Assembly: GCA_030682495.1 (NCBI GenBank)
Contig: JAUXOC010000039.1
Coordinates: forward strand, 9,604 to 73,603
Reading direction: 5' to 3'
DNA length: 64,000 bases
DNA from: Alphaproteobacteria bacterium
GTDB taxonomy: Bacteria; Pseudomonadota; Alphaproteobacteria; Micavibrionales; UBA2020
The position numbers were made by a program, and so were the translations under genes. The first letter of the stretch is position 1, and each line of letters begins with the position of its first letter. The notes under the pieces are model-generated. The model was not told the origin of the DNA and made no database searches. It saw nothing but the letters and a program-made list of their open reading frames with translations. Below, piece after piece: positions 9,535 to 18,870 of the stretch.

Positions 9535-12500
9535 ATGTCCATCCTAAAATCGCGGCGGTTTGTGCCGCTGTTTGTGACGCAGTTTCTGGGCGCGTTTAAC
9601 GACAATTTGTTCAAGAACGCGATGTTGATGCTCATCACCTTCCGCCTTGCCGAACAGGCGGGGATGTCACCGCAAATGCTGGTCACGATTGCGGCGGGTA
9701 TTTTTATCCTGCCGTTTTTCCTGTTTTCGGCCACGGCGGGGCAGCTGGCAGATAAATACGACCGCGCCCTGATTGCGCGGCGTGTCAAACTGGCCGAAAT
9801 CGCGCTGATGGTGCTGGCCGCAATCGGGTTTCTGAGCGGCAATATCTGGATTTTGATGTTCCTGCTCTTTTGCATGGGGACACAATCGGCATTTTTCGGC
9901 CCCGTCAAATATGCCATCCTGCCGCAGCATTTGCAAAAAGACGAGCTGCTGGCCGGTAACGCCTATGTCGAAGCGGCAACGTTCCTCGCGATCCTCGCGG
10001 GGACGATCGCAGGCGGGCTTCTGGTGATGAGCGCGCTCGGCGAATGGATTATTTCTGCCGGCATTATTCTTGTGGCGATTGCGGGCTACATTTCAAGCCG
10101 TCTGATCCCCGAAGCCCCTGGCCCCGTGCCAGCCCTTGCCGTCAATCCGCGTTTCTGGAGCGAGACGTATAAAATGATGCGCGACACGCAAAAAGATGTC
10201 GCGGTTTATCGCTGCATTCTGGCGATTTCGTGGTTCTGGCTGGTCGGCGCGACCTATCTGACGCAATTTCCCGCCTATGCTAAAGATTTTCTGGGCGGTG
10301 ATGAAACCGTGGTGACGCTGCTGCTGACGCTGTTCTCGATTGGTATCGGCGTCGGCTCGATTGCCTGTGAAAAGCTGCTGAAGGGCCGTGTACAGCTGAC
10401 CTATGTGCCGCTTGCCGCGATTGGTATGGCGATATTCGGGGTCGATTTATATTTCGCAACGGGCGGCGTGATGCCTTTGGTGAATGAGGGCGCACTCATG
10501 AATGCCGCTGGTTTCGCGGCGCAAGCTGGCGGCTGGCGCGTGATGCTCGATCTTTTTCTGGTCGCAAGCTGCGGTGGTATGTTTGTGGTGCCTCTTTATG
10601 CCATGGTGCAGCAGCGCGCGCCCGAAGGTATGGTTGCCCGCACTATCGCGGGCTTGAACGTCATGAACAGTCTTTTTATGGTCGTTTCAGCGGTTATTTG
10701 CGTTATTTTGCTGCAAATGGCTTTCACAATCCCTGCGATCTTTTTTGTGATGGCACTGTGTAATATTCTTGTCGCGCTTTATATCGTACATCTTTTGCCG
10801 GAGGATCTGATGCGCTCGCTTGCACGTACTGTTCTGGGCTGGGCTTATAAAGTCGAAATCAAAGGACTCGAGAATTTCGAAGCCGCCGGAAAGCGCGTGC
10901 TGATCGTCGCCAACCATACATCGTTTCTGGATGCGGCGCTGATCGCGGCCTATCTGCCGGTCAAAATCACGTTTGCCGTCAACAGTCACATCGCGCAGAA
11001 ATGGTGGGTAAAGCCTTTCCTGACGCTGGTAGACGCCTTCCCGCTCGACCCCACCAATCCGATGGCGGTCAAGGCGCTTGTCGAAGAAGTCAGGCAGGAT
11101 AAAATCGCCATGATCTTCCCCGAAGGCCGCATCACCGTCACCGGCGCATTGATGAAAATCTACGAGGGCCCCGGCATGATTGCCGACAAGGCGCAGGCGC
11201 GTCTTTTGCCTATTCGTATCGACGGGGCGCAATATACGCCGTTTTCGCGGCTGCGCGGCAAGGTCAATATCCGCTGGTTCCCCAAAATAACGCTGACAGT
11301 GCTGCCGCCCTGTGACTTCCAGCTGCCCGAAGAAGCGCGTGGCCGCCGCCGTCGCCAGCTGGCCGCATCCAAGCTCTATGACTTGATGTCAGGTATGATG
11401 TTTGAAGCCAGCGATTCAAATGAAACCCTGCTGCGTGCGCTGATGCGCGCACGGCGACTGCATGGCGGCGGGCATGTCGTCTGCGAAGATCCGATGCGTC
11501 AGCCGATGGGATATAAGCATCTTATTAGTGCCGCCATGGCGCTTTCGCGTGTGCTCAGCCGTGCCATGCCCCCCGCACCTGCCGATACGGCAGTGCCTGC
11601 TGTCGGCGTGCTGCTGCCAAACATGACGGGCACGGTATTGACGTTTTTTGCCCTGCATGCGGCGCGCCGTACGCCTGCGATGCTGAATTTCTCTTCAGGG
11701 CCTGCGCAGATTGTCAGTGCTTGCCAGACGGCGCGGCTGACGCATGTGCTGTCGTCGCGCCGCTTTGTCGAGATGGGAAAACTGGGTTCCGTGATCGAGG
11801 CGATGGCAGCCGCGGGGGTGGAGATGCTCTATCTCGAAGACCTGCGCAAAAAAATCAGCTTTGGCGATAAGCTTTATGGCCTTGCCGCGCGTGTCTGGCC
11901 GGAAGCGCTCGACCGGCTGCAAAAACCTGCCGCCACGCCGGACGATGCGGCGGTGGTGCTGTTCACGTCGGGATCGGAAGGCACGCCCAAAGGTGTTGTG
12001 CTATCGCACCGGAATATCCGCGCGAATTGCCACCAAATCGGCAGCCGTATCGATTTCGGCCCGTCGGATATCGTCTTTAACTGTCTGCCGATGTTCCATT
12101 CTTTCGGTCTGACGGGCGGCACACTGCTGCCGATCCTCTCCGGCCTGCGCACGTTTTATTACCCGTCGCCGCTGCACTACCGCATCGTGCCGGAGCTGGT
12201 CTATGACACCAACGCAACCATTCTGTTCGGCACCGATACGTTCCTGTCTGGCTATGCCCGTTTTGCGCATCCGTACGATTTCCATGCGATCCGGTATATT
12301 TTTGCGGGCGCGGAGAAGCTCAAGGATGAAACGCGCAAGACCTATGCCGATAAATACGGTGTGCGTATTTTTGAAGGCTATGGCGCAACCGAAACAGCCC
12401 CCGTCATCAGCATCAATACGCCGATGCACAACAAACCGGGCAGTGTCGGGCGGCTTTTGCCCGGCATCACGTCGCGGCTGGAGCCTGTCGAGGGGATTGA

Positions 12501-12972
12501 TGCTGCGGAGGCAGGCAAGCTCGTTATTCATGGCCCCAATATCATGAAGGGCTATCTTAAATCCGACGCACCGGGCGTGCTGCAGCCGCCAGAAGGTGGC
12601 TGGTATGATACCGGCGATATCGTCGCGATTGACGAGGCGGGTTATATCACCATTCAGGGGCGTATGAAGCGCTTCGCCAAGATCGGCGGTGAAATGGTGT
12701 CGCTCACGGCGGTCGAGGCTGCCGTGCAGAAACTCTGGCCCGAGGCGCAGCATGCGGTGGTCAGTGTCAAAGACGATAAGAAAGGCGAAAAGCTGATCTT
12801 GTTCACCACACAGCCGGAAGCGAAGGCCGATGCCCTTGCGCCGCATTTCCGCACGCTGGGGCTCAATGAACTATCGGTTCCGCGCCAGATACAGCCCGTA
12901 TCGACAATCCCGCTGCTGGGCACCGGCAAGACGGATTACGTGACGCTGCAAAAACAGGCGGCGGCGGTTTAA
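9535..12972 (+). CDS. aas: Triple fusion of an MFS lysophospholipid transporter (LplT-like), a PlsC-type acyltransferase and an acyl-ACP synthetase (Aas-like)
   Basis: 1145 aa. Residues 1 to about 420 form roughly 12 TM helices (MFS). The middle has the HX4D acyltransferase box 'ANHTSFLDAAL' and 'IFPEGRIT'. The C-terminal half has AMP-binding motifs 'LFTSGSEGTPKGVVLSH', 'EGYGATET', 'WYDTGDIV' and 'GRMKRFAKIGGEMV'. SD AAGGAG lies upstream. Confidence 0.85.
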   Translation: MSILKSRRFVPLFVTQFLGAFNDNLFKNAMLMLITFRLAEQAGMSPQMLVTIAAGIFILPFFLFSATAGQLADKYDRALIARRVKLAEIALMVLAAIGFLSGNIWILMFLLFCMGTQSAFFGPVKYAILPQHLQKDELLAGNAYVEAATFLAILAGTIAGGLLVMSALGEWIISAGIILVAIAGYISSRLIPEAPGPVPALAVNPRFWSETYKMMRDTQKDVAVYRCILAISWFWLVGATYLTQFPAYAKDFLGGDETVVTLLLTLFSIGIGVGSIACEKLLKGRVQLTYVPLAAIGMAIFGVDLYFATGGVMPLVNEGALMNAAGFAAQAGGWRVMLDLFLVASCGGMFVVPLYAMVQQRAPEGMVARTIAGLNVMNSLFMVVSAVICVILLQMAFTIPAIFFVMALCNILVALYIVHLLPEDLMRSLARTVLGWAYKVEIKGLENFEAAGKRVLIVANHTSFLDAALIAAYLPVKITFAVNSHIAQKWWVKPFLTLVDAFPLDPTNPMAVKALVEEVRQDKIAMIFPEGRITVTGALMKIYEGPGMIADKAQARLLPIRIDGAQYTPFSRLRGKVNIRWFPKITLTVLPPCDFQLPEEARGRRRRQLAASKLYDLMSGMMFEASDSNETLLRALMRARRLHGGGHVVCEDPMRQPMGYKHLISAAMALSRVLSRAMPPAPADTAVPAVGVLLPNMTGTVLTFFALHAARRTPAMLNFSSGPAQIVSACQTARLTHVLSSRRFVEMGKLGSVIEAMAAAGVEMLYLEDLRKKISFGDKLYGLAARVWPEALDRLQKPAATPDDAAVVLFTSGSEGTPKGVVLSHRNIRANCHQIGSRIDFGPSDIVFNCLPMFHSFGLTGGTLLPILSGLRTFYYPSPLHYRIVPELVYDTNATILFGTDTFLSGYARFAHPYDFHAIRYIFAGAEKLKDETRKTYADKYGVRIFEGYGATETAPVISINTPMHNKPGSVGRLLPGITSRLEPVEGIDAAEAGKLVIHGPNIMKGYLKSDAPGVLQPPEGGWYDTGDIVAIDEAGYITIQGRMKRFAKIGGEMVSLTAVEAAVQKLWPEAQHAVVSVKDDKKGEKLILFTTQPEAKADALAPHFRTLGLNELSVPRQIQPVSTIPLLGTGKTDYVTLQKQAAAV

Positions 12973-13493
12973 GCCGAAGGCTCAGCGAAAGGCGGCAGAA
13001 GGGCGAGGGATTCGTCGCTGCGCTTTTCTTTGTGGCTTTCGCTCAGCTCCCCGCGTGTGGAGAGGGTGACGGTGGTTTCGTAAGTGCCGGTCTTGTCGCG
13101 CATGCGCAGCGTTGCTTGCCAGCCGCCGCCGTATTTTTCGCACCGTGCGCGCAGCATCACAGCAGCCGCGCCGAAATAAAGCCGAAAAGAAAGATAATCC
13201 TCGATATTGTCCACATCCAGCGCCAGCGGCGCGGCGGCGTTTGCGGCGTGGATATTGGCGATGCTGCCATCCAGCGGGATCGTGTCCGCGTGCAGCACCA
13301 CGTAATACTGTGCGGGCGCTGTGGGCTGCGGTTTGAGCACACGCGCCAGCTGCGCCCCGTCGCCGTAAAAGGGCAGCGGCATCAGCGCCAGCGCGCAATC
13401 GCTGCCATAGCGCGTGACAGGTTCGGCCGCGTTGATTTTATGCAGAATTTCGGTCGTCTGTGCGATGGAGGGGGAATGCCAGCCGTCAGTCAT
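12969..13493 (-). CDS. Hypothetical protein, 174 aa
   Basis: ORF with ordinary composition, whereas the alternative overlapping frames are Arg/Ala-rich. It is convergent with aas and the two stop codons overlap (12969-12972). No domain recognised. Confidence 0.5.
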   Translation of the reverse strand: MTDGWHSPSIAQTTEILHKINAAEPVTRYGSDCALALMPLPFYGDGAQLARVLKPQPTAPAQYYVVLHADTIPLDGSIANIHAANAAAPLALDVDNIEDYLSFRLYFGAAAVMLRARCEKYGGGWQATLRMRDKTGTYETTVTLSTRGELSESHKEKRSDESLALLPPFAEPSA

Positions 13494-13582
13494 GCGGAGC
13501 CTCTTGCCTTTTGGAGGTGATCGCCGAATAATACCACATCGTTCGTTTTGTAAACAATGCTGCCGCGCAGCCGGGAAGTCTT

Positions 13583-14029
13583 ATGACCGATATACGATTT
13601 TATCACATGATCACAAAACGGCTGGAGCAGGCGCTGCCTGAGCTTTTGGCCAAAGCGATCACCGTGCAGCCGCGCATTGTTGTCAAAGCAGGCAGCCGCG
13701 AGCGTATCGAAACACTGGACAGCCTGCTGTGGACGTTTGATCCCGCAGGGTTTCTGCCGCACGGCTATATCCGTGACGGAAGCGAAGCCGACCAGCCGGT
13801 CTGGCTGACGACCGAAGATGACAACCCGAACGGGGCGAAAATGCTGGTCTTGACCGATGGCGCGACATCGCCGCAGGTAGCGGATTTTGATTTATGCTGC
13901 GAATTGTTCGATGGCAATGACGATGAGTCCGTTGCCGCGGCGCGGGCGCGCTGGGCGGATTATAAGGTTGCAGGGCACGATCTGACTTATTTCCAGCAGG
14001 ACGAACAAGGTCGCTGGGTTAAAAAATAA
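13583..14029 (+). CDS. holC: DNA polymerase III chi subunit
   Basis: 148 aa. 'IRFYHM....LEQALPELLAKA......IVVKAGS.ERIE.LD..LWTFDP.GFLPHG' is the characteristic HolC N-terminal pattern. Sits in the usual pepA neighbourhood. Confidence 0.85.
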   Translation: MTDIRFYHMITKRLEQALPELLAKAITVQPRIVVKAGSRERIETLDSLLWTFDPAGFLPHGYIRDGSEADQPVWLTTEDDNPNGAKMLVLTDGATSPQVADFDLCCELFDGNDDESVAAARARWADYKVAGHDLTYFQQDEQGRWVKK

Positions 14030-14031
14030 TC

Positions 14032-14388
14032 TTACTCGGGGCAAGGAAAGCCGCGGGCAATCGCAACGGCGACATTTTTTGCTGCCGCACCGCGCAGGTT
14101 TTCGGGGAAAATTTCGGCATAGCTGCGATAAAGGTCGATCAGCTGCTGGCTGCGCACCGGGCCGTGGCTGCAAGCGCGCTCCCCGCTGACGGGGCCGGCC
14201 AGCATGGCATTGGCGATACCGCTGACATAACCCGCGCAAAAGCCGTAATCCGTATCATAGCGGCTGTTGCACATGACCAGCAGCTCATGGCCGGTCATGC
14301 CATCGCTGTTGACAGCGGCAAGGGTGGAACGGATAGGCAGGGCGCAAAGCAGGCAGAAAAACAGTGTCAAAATAGAAAACGGGCGCAT
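14032..14388 (-). CDS. Secreted Rap1a/Tai4-like small cysteine-containing protein (putative amidase-effector immunity fold)
   Basis: Start at ATG 14386-14388 with a GGAGG SD 5 nt upstream. Signal peptide 'MRPFSILTLFFCLLCALPIRSTLA'. 'MTGHELLVMCNSRYDTDYGFCAGYVSGIANAM' matches the remembered G-x-ELL-x-C...C-x-GY-[IV]-x-G signature of Rap1a/Tai4 proteins. Confidence 0.45.
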   Translation of the reverse strand: MRPFSILTLFFCLLCALPIRSTLAAVNSDGMTGHELLVMCNSRYDTDYGFCAGYVSGIANAMLAGPVSGERACSHGPVRSQQLIDLYRSYAEIFPENLRGAAAKNVAVAIARGFPCPE

Positions 14389-14444
14389 CGAAGCCTCCGG
14401 CAAGAGGGGGAGCGTGAATAGGCGTTTGTACCATGCGCCGCCCA

Positions 14445-14480
14445 TAAAAAAAAGGCGGCTTCAATAAGCCGCCTTTTTTT
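14445..14480. terminator. Intrinsic terminator downstream of the M23 peptidase gene (hairpin flanked by A- and T-runs)
   Basis: A-run 14445-14453, stem ggcggctt (14454-14461), loop caat, stem aagccgcc (14466-14473), T-run 14474-14480. Confidence 0.7.
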
Positions 14481-14495
14481 AAAGTCTTTATACGG

Positions 14496-16097
14496 TTAGC
14501 GCGATGCCTGACGCGTGGGCTTGTTGCGTACCGGCGTACGGTCGGCAATCACCATGCCGTTCATCAGCTGCTGGAACTGTCCGTTACGCTCTGCGACCAG
14601 ACCGTCAAACTGCTTGCGCTCCTTGCCTTCCAGCATTTTACCCGTTGGCAGCTTGAGGGAGGTCGGGTTGACGTGTTTGCCATTGACCAGAATCTCGTAA
14701 TGCAGATGCGGGCCGGTCGAACGGCCGGTGGTGCCGACATAACCGATGATCTGGCCCTGTTTGACGCGGCTTCCTGCACTCAGACCGGCGCGGTAGCCAT
14801 TCATATGTGCATAGGCCGTTTGCAGGTCTTTGCGATGGCGGATGCGGATATATTTGCCATAGCCGCCGAGGACACCGATTTTCTCAACCGTGCCATCCCC
14901 TGCCGCATAGATCGGTGTGCCGGTCGGCGCGGCGAAGTCGATGCCTTTGTGCATCTTGCCGTAGCCAAGGATCGGGTGGCGACGCATGCCGAAACCGGAG
15001 CTGAGACGCGCACCATCAATTGGTGTTTTCATCAGCGATTTTTTGGCGGATTGGCCTTTGTTGTCAAAATAGTCCGAGTCGCCCGAGGGGGAGCTATAGA
15101 GATAGAAAGGCATGTCACGGCCACCAAGCTGCAGCTTGGCGTAAACGATGGTATTGCGGCCAGAAACCACGTCACCGCTATCCGTCGCGAATTCTTCGTA
15201 CATCACTTCGAATTTGTCACCGACTTGAATGTCGCGCTGGAAGTCGACGTTCCAGGAATACATTTTAATCAGGTCGAGGATGATCGCATCGGGCACGCCG
15301 CTGTTCTTGGCGGAGACATAGAGCGAGTTATCAATCGTACCGCGCGCGGCTTTCACGCTGCGGAAAATCGGCTTTTCATGCTGGCCGACTTTATAGCTGC
15401 CATCTTGGGCAAGGTTGACCATGACCGTATTGATCTTATCTTTTTCAATTTGCAGGCCGCTGAATTTGGGGTCTGCCACGGCAGGGTCTTTATTGAAAAA
15501 GACGGTGATGGCATTGCCGGGGTTGAGATCACGCGGGTTGTAGACTTTGCTGAGCGCCTGAATAGCGCTATAGGCTTCGCCACGCGGCACATCGTTGCGT
15601 ACCAGCAGTTCCATCAGCGTATCGCCGCGGCCGACTTCCAGTTTTTTCTCGGCGACAAAAAAATCGCTGCCTGCCTGCAAAAGGTTCTGGATGCTGCTGT
15701 GAATGAAGGCCAGTTTTTCGGCAACGGCAGGGGGCACGTCTTTGGCTGTGACCGTGTGCGCGGGCTGCGGTTTGTCGACAGGGCGCTGCTCTGTGCGCGC
15801 GAAGTCGCTGAATTCATAGGAGGCGGGGGCGGGTACATGATTGAAAGCGCTTTTCATGTTGCCGGGCACATTGCCGGGAATATTTTCAACGCCGGCAAAA
15901 TGCGCGGTGTTGGGGGCGGGCGTCATCACATCGGCTGCGGCCATGCGCGGAGAATTTTCCGGCGTGGTGGCGGGAGCGGAGAGGAGCGAGAGCGCGCCAT
16001 AGACAGCGGCAATTGCGACGAGCGGAAGAAAGGCCTGACGCAAACGGAAATGGCGTTTGCGGAACATTCTTGTGCGCGGTGAATAATACTGCTGCAA
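14496..16097 (-). CDS. Membrane-anchored M23 peptidoglycan DD-metalloendopeptidase (MepM/YebA-like, OapA + M23 domains)
   Basis: 533 aa with an N-terminal TM helix (LPLVAIAAVYGALSLL). OapA-like 'VEVGRGDTLMELLVRNDV'. M23 metal motifs 'HKGIDFAAPTGTPIYAAGDGTV' and 'GRSTGPHLHYEI'. An alternative start is at 16067. Confidence 0.87.
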   Translation of the reverse strand: MQQYYSPRTRMFRKRHFRLRQAFLPLVAIAAVYGALSLLSAPATTPENSPRMAAADVMTPAPNTAHFAGVENIPGNVPGNMKSAFNHVPAPASYEFSDFARTEQRPVDKPQPAHTVTAKDVPPAVAEKLAFIHSSIQNLLQAGSDFFVAEKKLEVGRGDTLMELLVRNDVPRGEAYSAIQALSKVYNPRDLNPGNAITVFFNKDPAVADPKFSGLQIEKDKINTVMVNLAQDGSYKVGQHEKPIFRSVKAARGTIDNSLYVSAKNSGVPDAIILDLIKMYSWNVDFQRDIQVGDKFEVMYEEFATDSGDVVSGRNTIVYAKLQLGGRDMPFYLYSSPSGDSDYFDNKGQSAKKSLMKTPIDGARLSSGFGMRRHPILGYGKMHKGIDFAAPTGTPIYAAGDGTVEKIGVLGGYGKYIRIRHRKDLQTAYAHMNGYRAGLSAGSRVKQGQIIGYVGTTGRSTGPHLHYEILVNGKHVNPTSLKLPTGKMLEGKERKQFDGLVAERNGQFQQLMNGMVIADRTPVRNKPTRQASR

Positions 16098-16423
16098 GGT
16101 CCATACCTTTGAGTTGTTGCGAAGGTGAGGGAAGTGAACACCAGTACAGATACGAATTCAAGACTTGACTTTGACCGAAAGGCCGATCCCCGAATACATA
16201 ATCTAACGCAAAGCGTACTGTTAACAAAGAGTAAAGCGTATATTCCATAGAGGGTTCCACAGAGGCCTGTAAATAATTATTTATGATATGAAAAACACCG
16301 AACATATATTACGAAACGTACAACGCGCTGGACGTGACTTTATAAGATTGTGTAGGATGCGCGGGATCATATCGTACGCAGGAAAACTCCATGAACGGAC
16401 AGCCTGAACAAAAGGGTGAAAAA

Positions 16424-17257
16424 ATGACACATGCCAGCACATTGATGAAGGGCAAGCGCGGATTGATTATGGGCGTCGCCAATGACCGCTCGATCGCCTG
16501 GGGCATTGCCGAAACCGCGCATAACCACGGCGCAGAGCTGGCTTTTACCTATCAGGGCGAAGCACTGGAAAAACGCGTACGCCCGCTGGCCGATGGTATT
16601 GGCTCCAAAATTGTTCTGCCCTGTGACGTGACAAATGCGGACAGCATTGATGCGACTTTTAGCCATATTGAAAAAGAATGGGGCGGGCTGGATTTCGTTG
16701 TGCATGCGATCGCTTATTCCGACAAAAACGAACTGGACGGTATGTATCTCAATACCAGCCGCGACAATTTCCTGAAAACCATGGACATTTCCGTCTATTC
16801 TTTCACGGCAGTCGCGCAGCGCGCCGTGCCGCTGATGAAAAACGGCGGCAGCCTTTTGACCATGACCTATTACGGTGCAGAACGCGTCATGCCGCATTAT
16901 AATGTCATGGGCGTGGCTAAGGCGGCGCTGGAAGCTTCGGTGCGCTATCTCGCCAGCGACGTCGGGCCGCAGGGCATCCGTGTTAATGCTATTTCCGCAG
17001 GGCCGATCAAGACGCTGGCTGCCAGCGGTATCGGTGATTTCCGTTACATTTTGAAATGGAACGAGCTGAACGCGCCCCTGCGCCGCAATGTCACCACGCA
17101 AGATGTCGGCGGGGCAGGGCTGTTCCTGCTCAGCGACCTCGGTGCGGGCGTGACGGGCGAAATCATGTATGTCGACAGCGGCTATAACACCATCGGCATG
17201 GTGCAGGTCGACAGCGCCAAGCAAACGGCAGAGCTTCTGGCGAGCATTTCCGGCTAA
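16424..17257 (+). CDS. fabI: Enoyl-ACP reductase FabI (NADH)
   Basis: '[23 protein letters not shown]' is the FabI glycine-rich N-terminus. '[22 protein letters not shown]' carries the Y-x6-K catalytic pattern. An alternative in-frame ATG is at 16391. Confidence 0.9.
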   Translation: MTHASTLMKGKRGLIMGVANDRSIAWGIAETAHNHGAELAFTYQGEALEKRVRPLADGIGSKIVLPCDVTNADSIDATFSHIEKEWGGLDFVVHAIAYSDKNELDGMYLNTSRDNFLKTMDISVYSFTAVAQRAVPLMKNGGSLLTMTYYGAERVMPHYNVMGVAKAALEASVRYLASDVGPQGIRVNAISAGPIKTLAASGIGDFRYILKWNELNAPLRRNVTTQDVGGAGLFLLSDLGAGVTGEIMYVDSGYNTIGMVQVDSAKQTAELLASISG

Positions 17258-17280
17258 ATTTTTCAGAACGGCAGGAATGC

Positions 17281-18363
17281 ATGTCCGCCAATCTTTTCGG
17301 TACGTTGCTGCGTTATATCACCTGGGGCGAAAGCCACGGGCCGGCGATTGGCTGCGTCGTCGATGGCGCGCCGCCGATGATTGCGCTTTGCGAAGCCGAC
17401 ATCCAGTATCACCTTGACCGCCGCAAGCCGGGGCAAAACCGTTTTACCACCCAGCGCAAGGAAGCGGATGAAGTGCGAATCCTCTCCGGTGTCTTTGACG
17501 GCATGACAACCGGCGCGCCGATTTCGCTGATGATCGAAAATACCGATGCGCGGTCGAAAGATTACGAGAATATCCGCCACAAATACCGCCCCGGCCACGC
17601 AGATTTCACCTATGACCAGAAATATGGCATTCGTGATTATTGCGGCGGCGGGCGCTCTTCGGCGCGTGAAACCGCTTCGCGCGTGGCGGCGGGCGCCGTG
17701 GCGCGCAAAATCCTGCAAAGCGAGATTGGCGAAGATATCCTTATTCGCGGCGCTGTTGTTGAAATTGGCGGTATTGCGATCAACCGCAGTCGCTGGGACT
17801 GGGCGCAGACTGACCAGAATCCGTTCTTCTCTGCCGATGCGGCGATTGTGCCTGAGTGGGAAGCGGCGCTGGACGCCGCACGCAAAGACCTCTCCAGTCT
17901 TGGCGCGGTTGTCGAAGTGGTTGCCAGTGGCTTTCCTGCCGGACTGGGCGCGCCGGTGATCGACAAGCTGGATGCAGATCTTGCCAAAGCGATGATGAGC
18001 ATCAATGCCGTGAAGGGCGTCGAGATTGGTGCGGGATTTACGGCGGCACGGCTGCGCGGCGAAGAAAACGCCGACCAGATCCGTATGCAGGGCGGCGTGC
18101 CGCATTTTCTCAGCAATCATGCCGGCGGCATACTGGGCGGTATTTCGACGGGGCAGGATATTGTGGTGCGTATGGCCTTCAAGCCGACAAGCTCTCTGCC
18201 GCAGCCTTTGCTGACAATCGACGATAACGGCGATGAAACCGAAATTGCCACCAAAGGCCGCCACGACCCCTGCGTGGGTATTCGCGGTGTGCCGGTTGCC
18301 GAAGCCATGATGGCGCTCACGCTCTGCGATCACTGGCTGCGGCACAAGGCGCAGTGCCTGTAG
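17281..18363 (+). CDS. aroC: Chorismate synthase
   Basis: 360 aa with '[17 protein letters not shown]', '[17 protein letters not shown]' and '[18 protein letters not shown]', the canonical AroC signatures. Confidence 0.95.
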   Translation: MSANLFGTLLRYITWGESHGPAIGCVVDGAPPMIALCEADIQYHLDRRKPGQNRFTTQRKEADEVRILSGVFDGMTTGAPISLMIENTDARSKDYENIRHKYRPGHADFTYDQKYGIRDYCGGGRSSARETASRVAAGAVARKILQSEIGEDILIRGAVVEIGGIAINRSRWDWAQTDQNPFFSADAAIVPEWEAALDAARKDLSSLGAVVEVVASGFPAGLGAPVIDKLDADLAKAMMSINAVKGVEIGAGFTAARLRGEENADQIRMQGGVPHFLSNHAGGILGGISTGQDIVVRMAFKPTSSLPQPLLTIDDNGDETEIATKGRHDPCVGIRGVPVAEAMMALTLCDHWLRHKAQCL

Positions 18364-18602
18364 CCTGCAGGGGCGTAAAGATAAAGCGCCTGTGAGCTCT
18401 GTAAGCAAAGCAAAAGCCCTACGCACACCGCTTACGGCTTCTTTTAAAAATCAGAATCTTGGGGCTGTTTGTTCATGCGCGGGCGAATCGCCGAGGGCTT
18501 TCGTCTAAAAACGCAACCTTTTCAGACACAAAGCAGGTTGTGCGGCGGCTGGTTTTTCCGGAGTCTGTTTTTTAGGGTCTTGAAAATAAACAGTATTTTC
18601 TC

Positions 18603-18763
18603 GGGCGGGGGGCGCCTGTAAAAAAGACTCGACTCTTATCCACAGAGACACGACACTCTGACTCGAGGAAAAGCACCGCCCAATTTTTTGGCTACGGTGC
18701 CTCCCTTAATACTTCGCTTCGATGATTCTGCCCCATGTGCTTCGGCATGTGGGGCTTTTTTTT
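18603..18763 (+). ncRNA. Candidate small RNA ending at a strong orphan intrinsic terminator (5' end not defined)
   Basis: Lies in a 507-bp non-coding gap. An upstream 6-bp hairpin gcaccg/cggtgc (about 18673-18700) is followed by a single-stranded 'CUCCCUUAAUACUUCG' stretch and then the terminator at 18730-18763. No homology was checked. Confidence 0.25.
18730..18763 (+). terminator. Rho-independent terminator, + strand only
   Basis: 11-bp stem gccccatgtgc / gcatgtggggc (2 G-U pairs), UUCG tetraloop, 8-T run 18756-18763. It sits about 370 nt after the aroC stop and about 105 nt before the sppA start. Confidence 0.75.
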
Positions 18764-18870
18764 GGCTTGGTTGATGCAATGGAATATATCCGCAATTTAT
18801 GTGTCGTTCAACACGCAATCTTGAGTTAGTCTCATAAAAATTTTCCACACCTCCTTTAAAAGGTATTGAC

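Noticed and set aside
16221-16235. CtrA-box-like TTAA-N7-TAAA, plus nearby 'aaagcgta' direct repeats, in the AT-rich divergent region between the M23 peptidase gene and fabI.
   Set aside because: It is a single site with a mismatch in the second half-site, and AT-rich DNA produces such matches by chance. It is not supportable without comparative or ChIP data.
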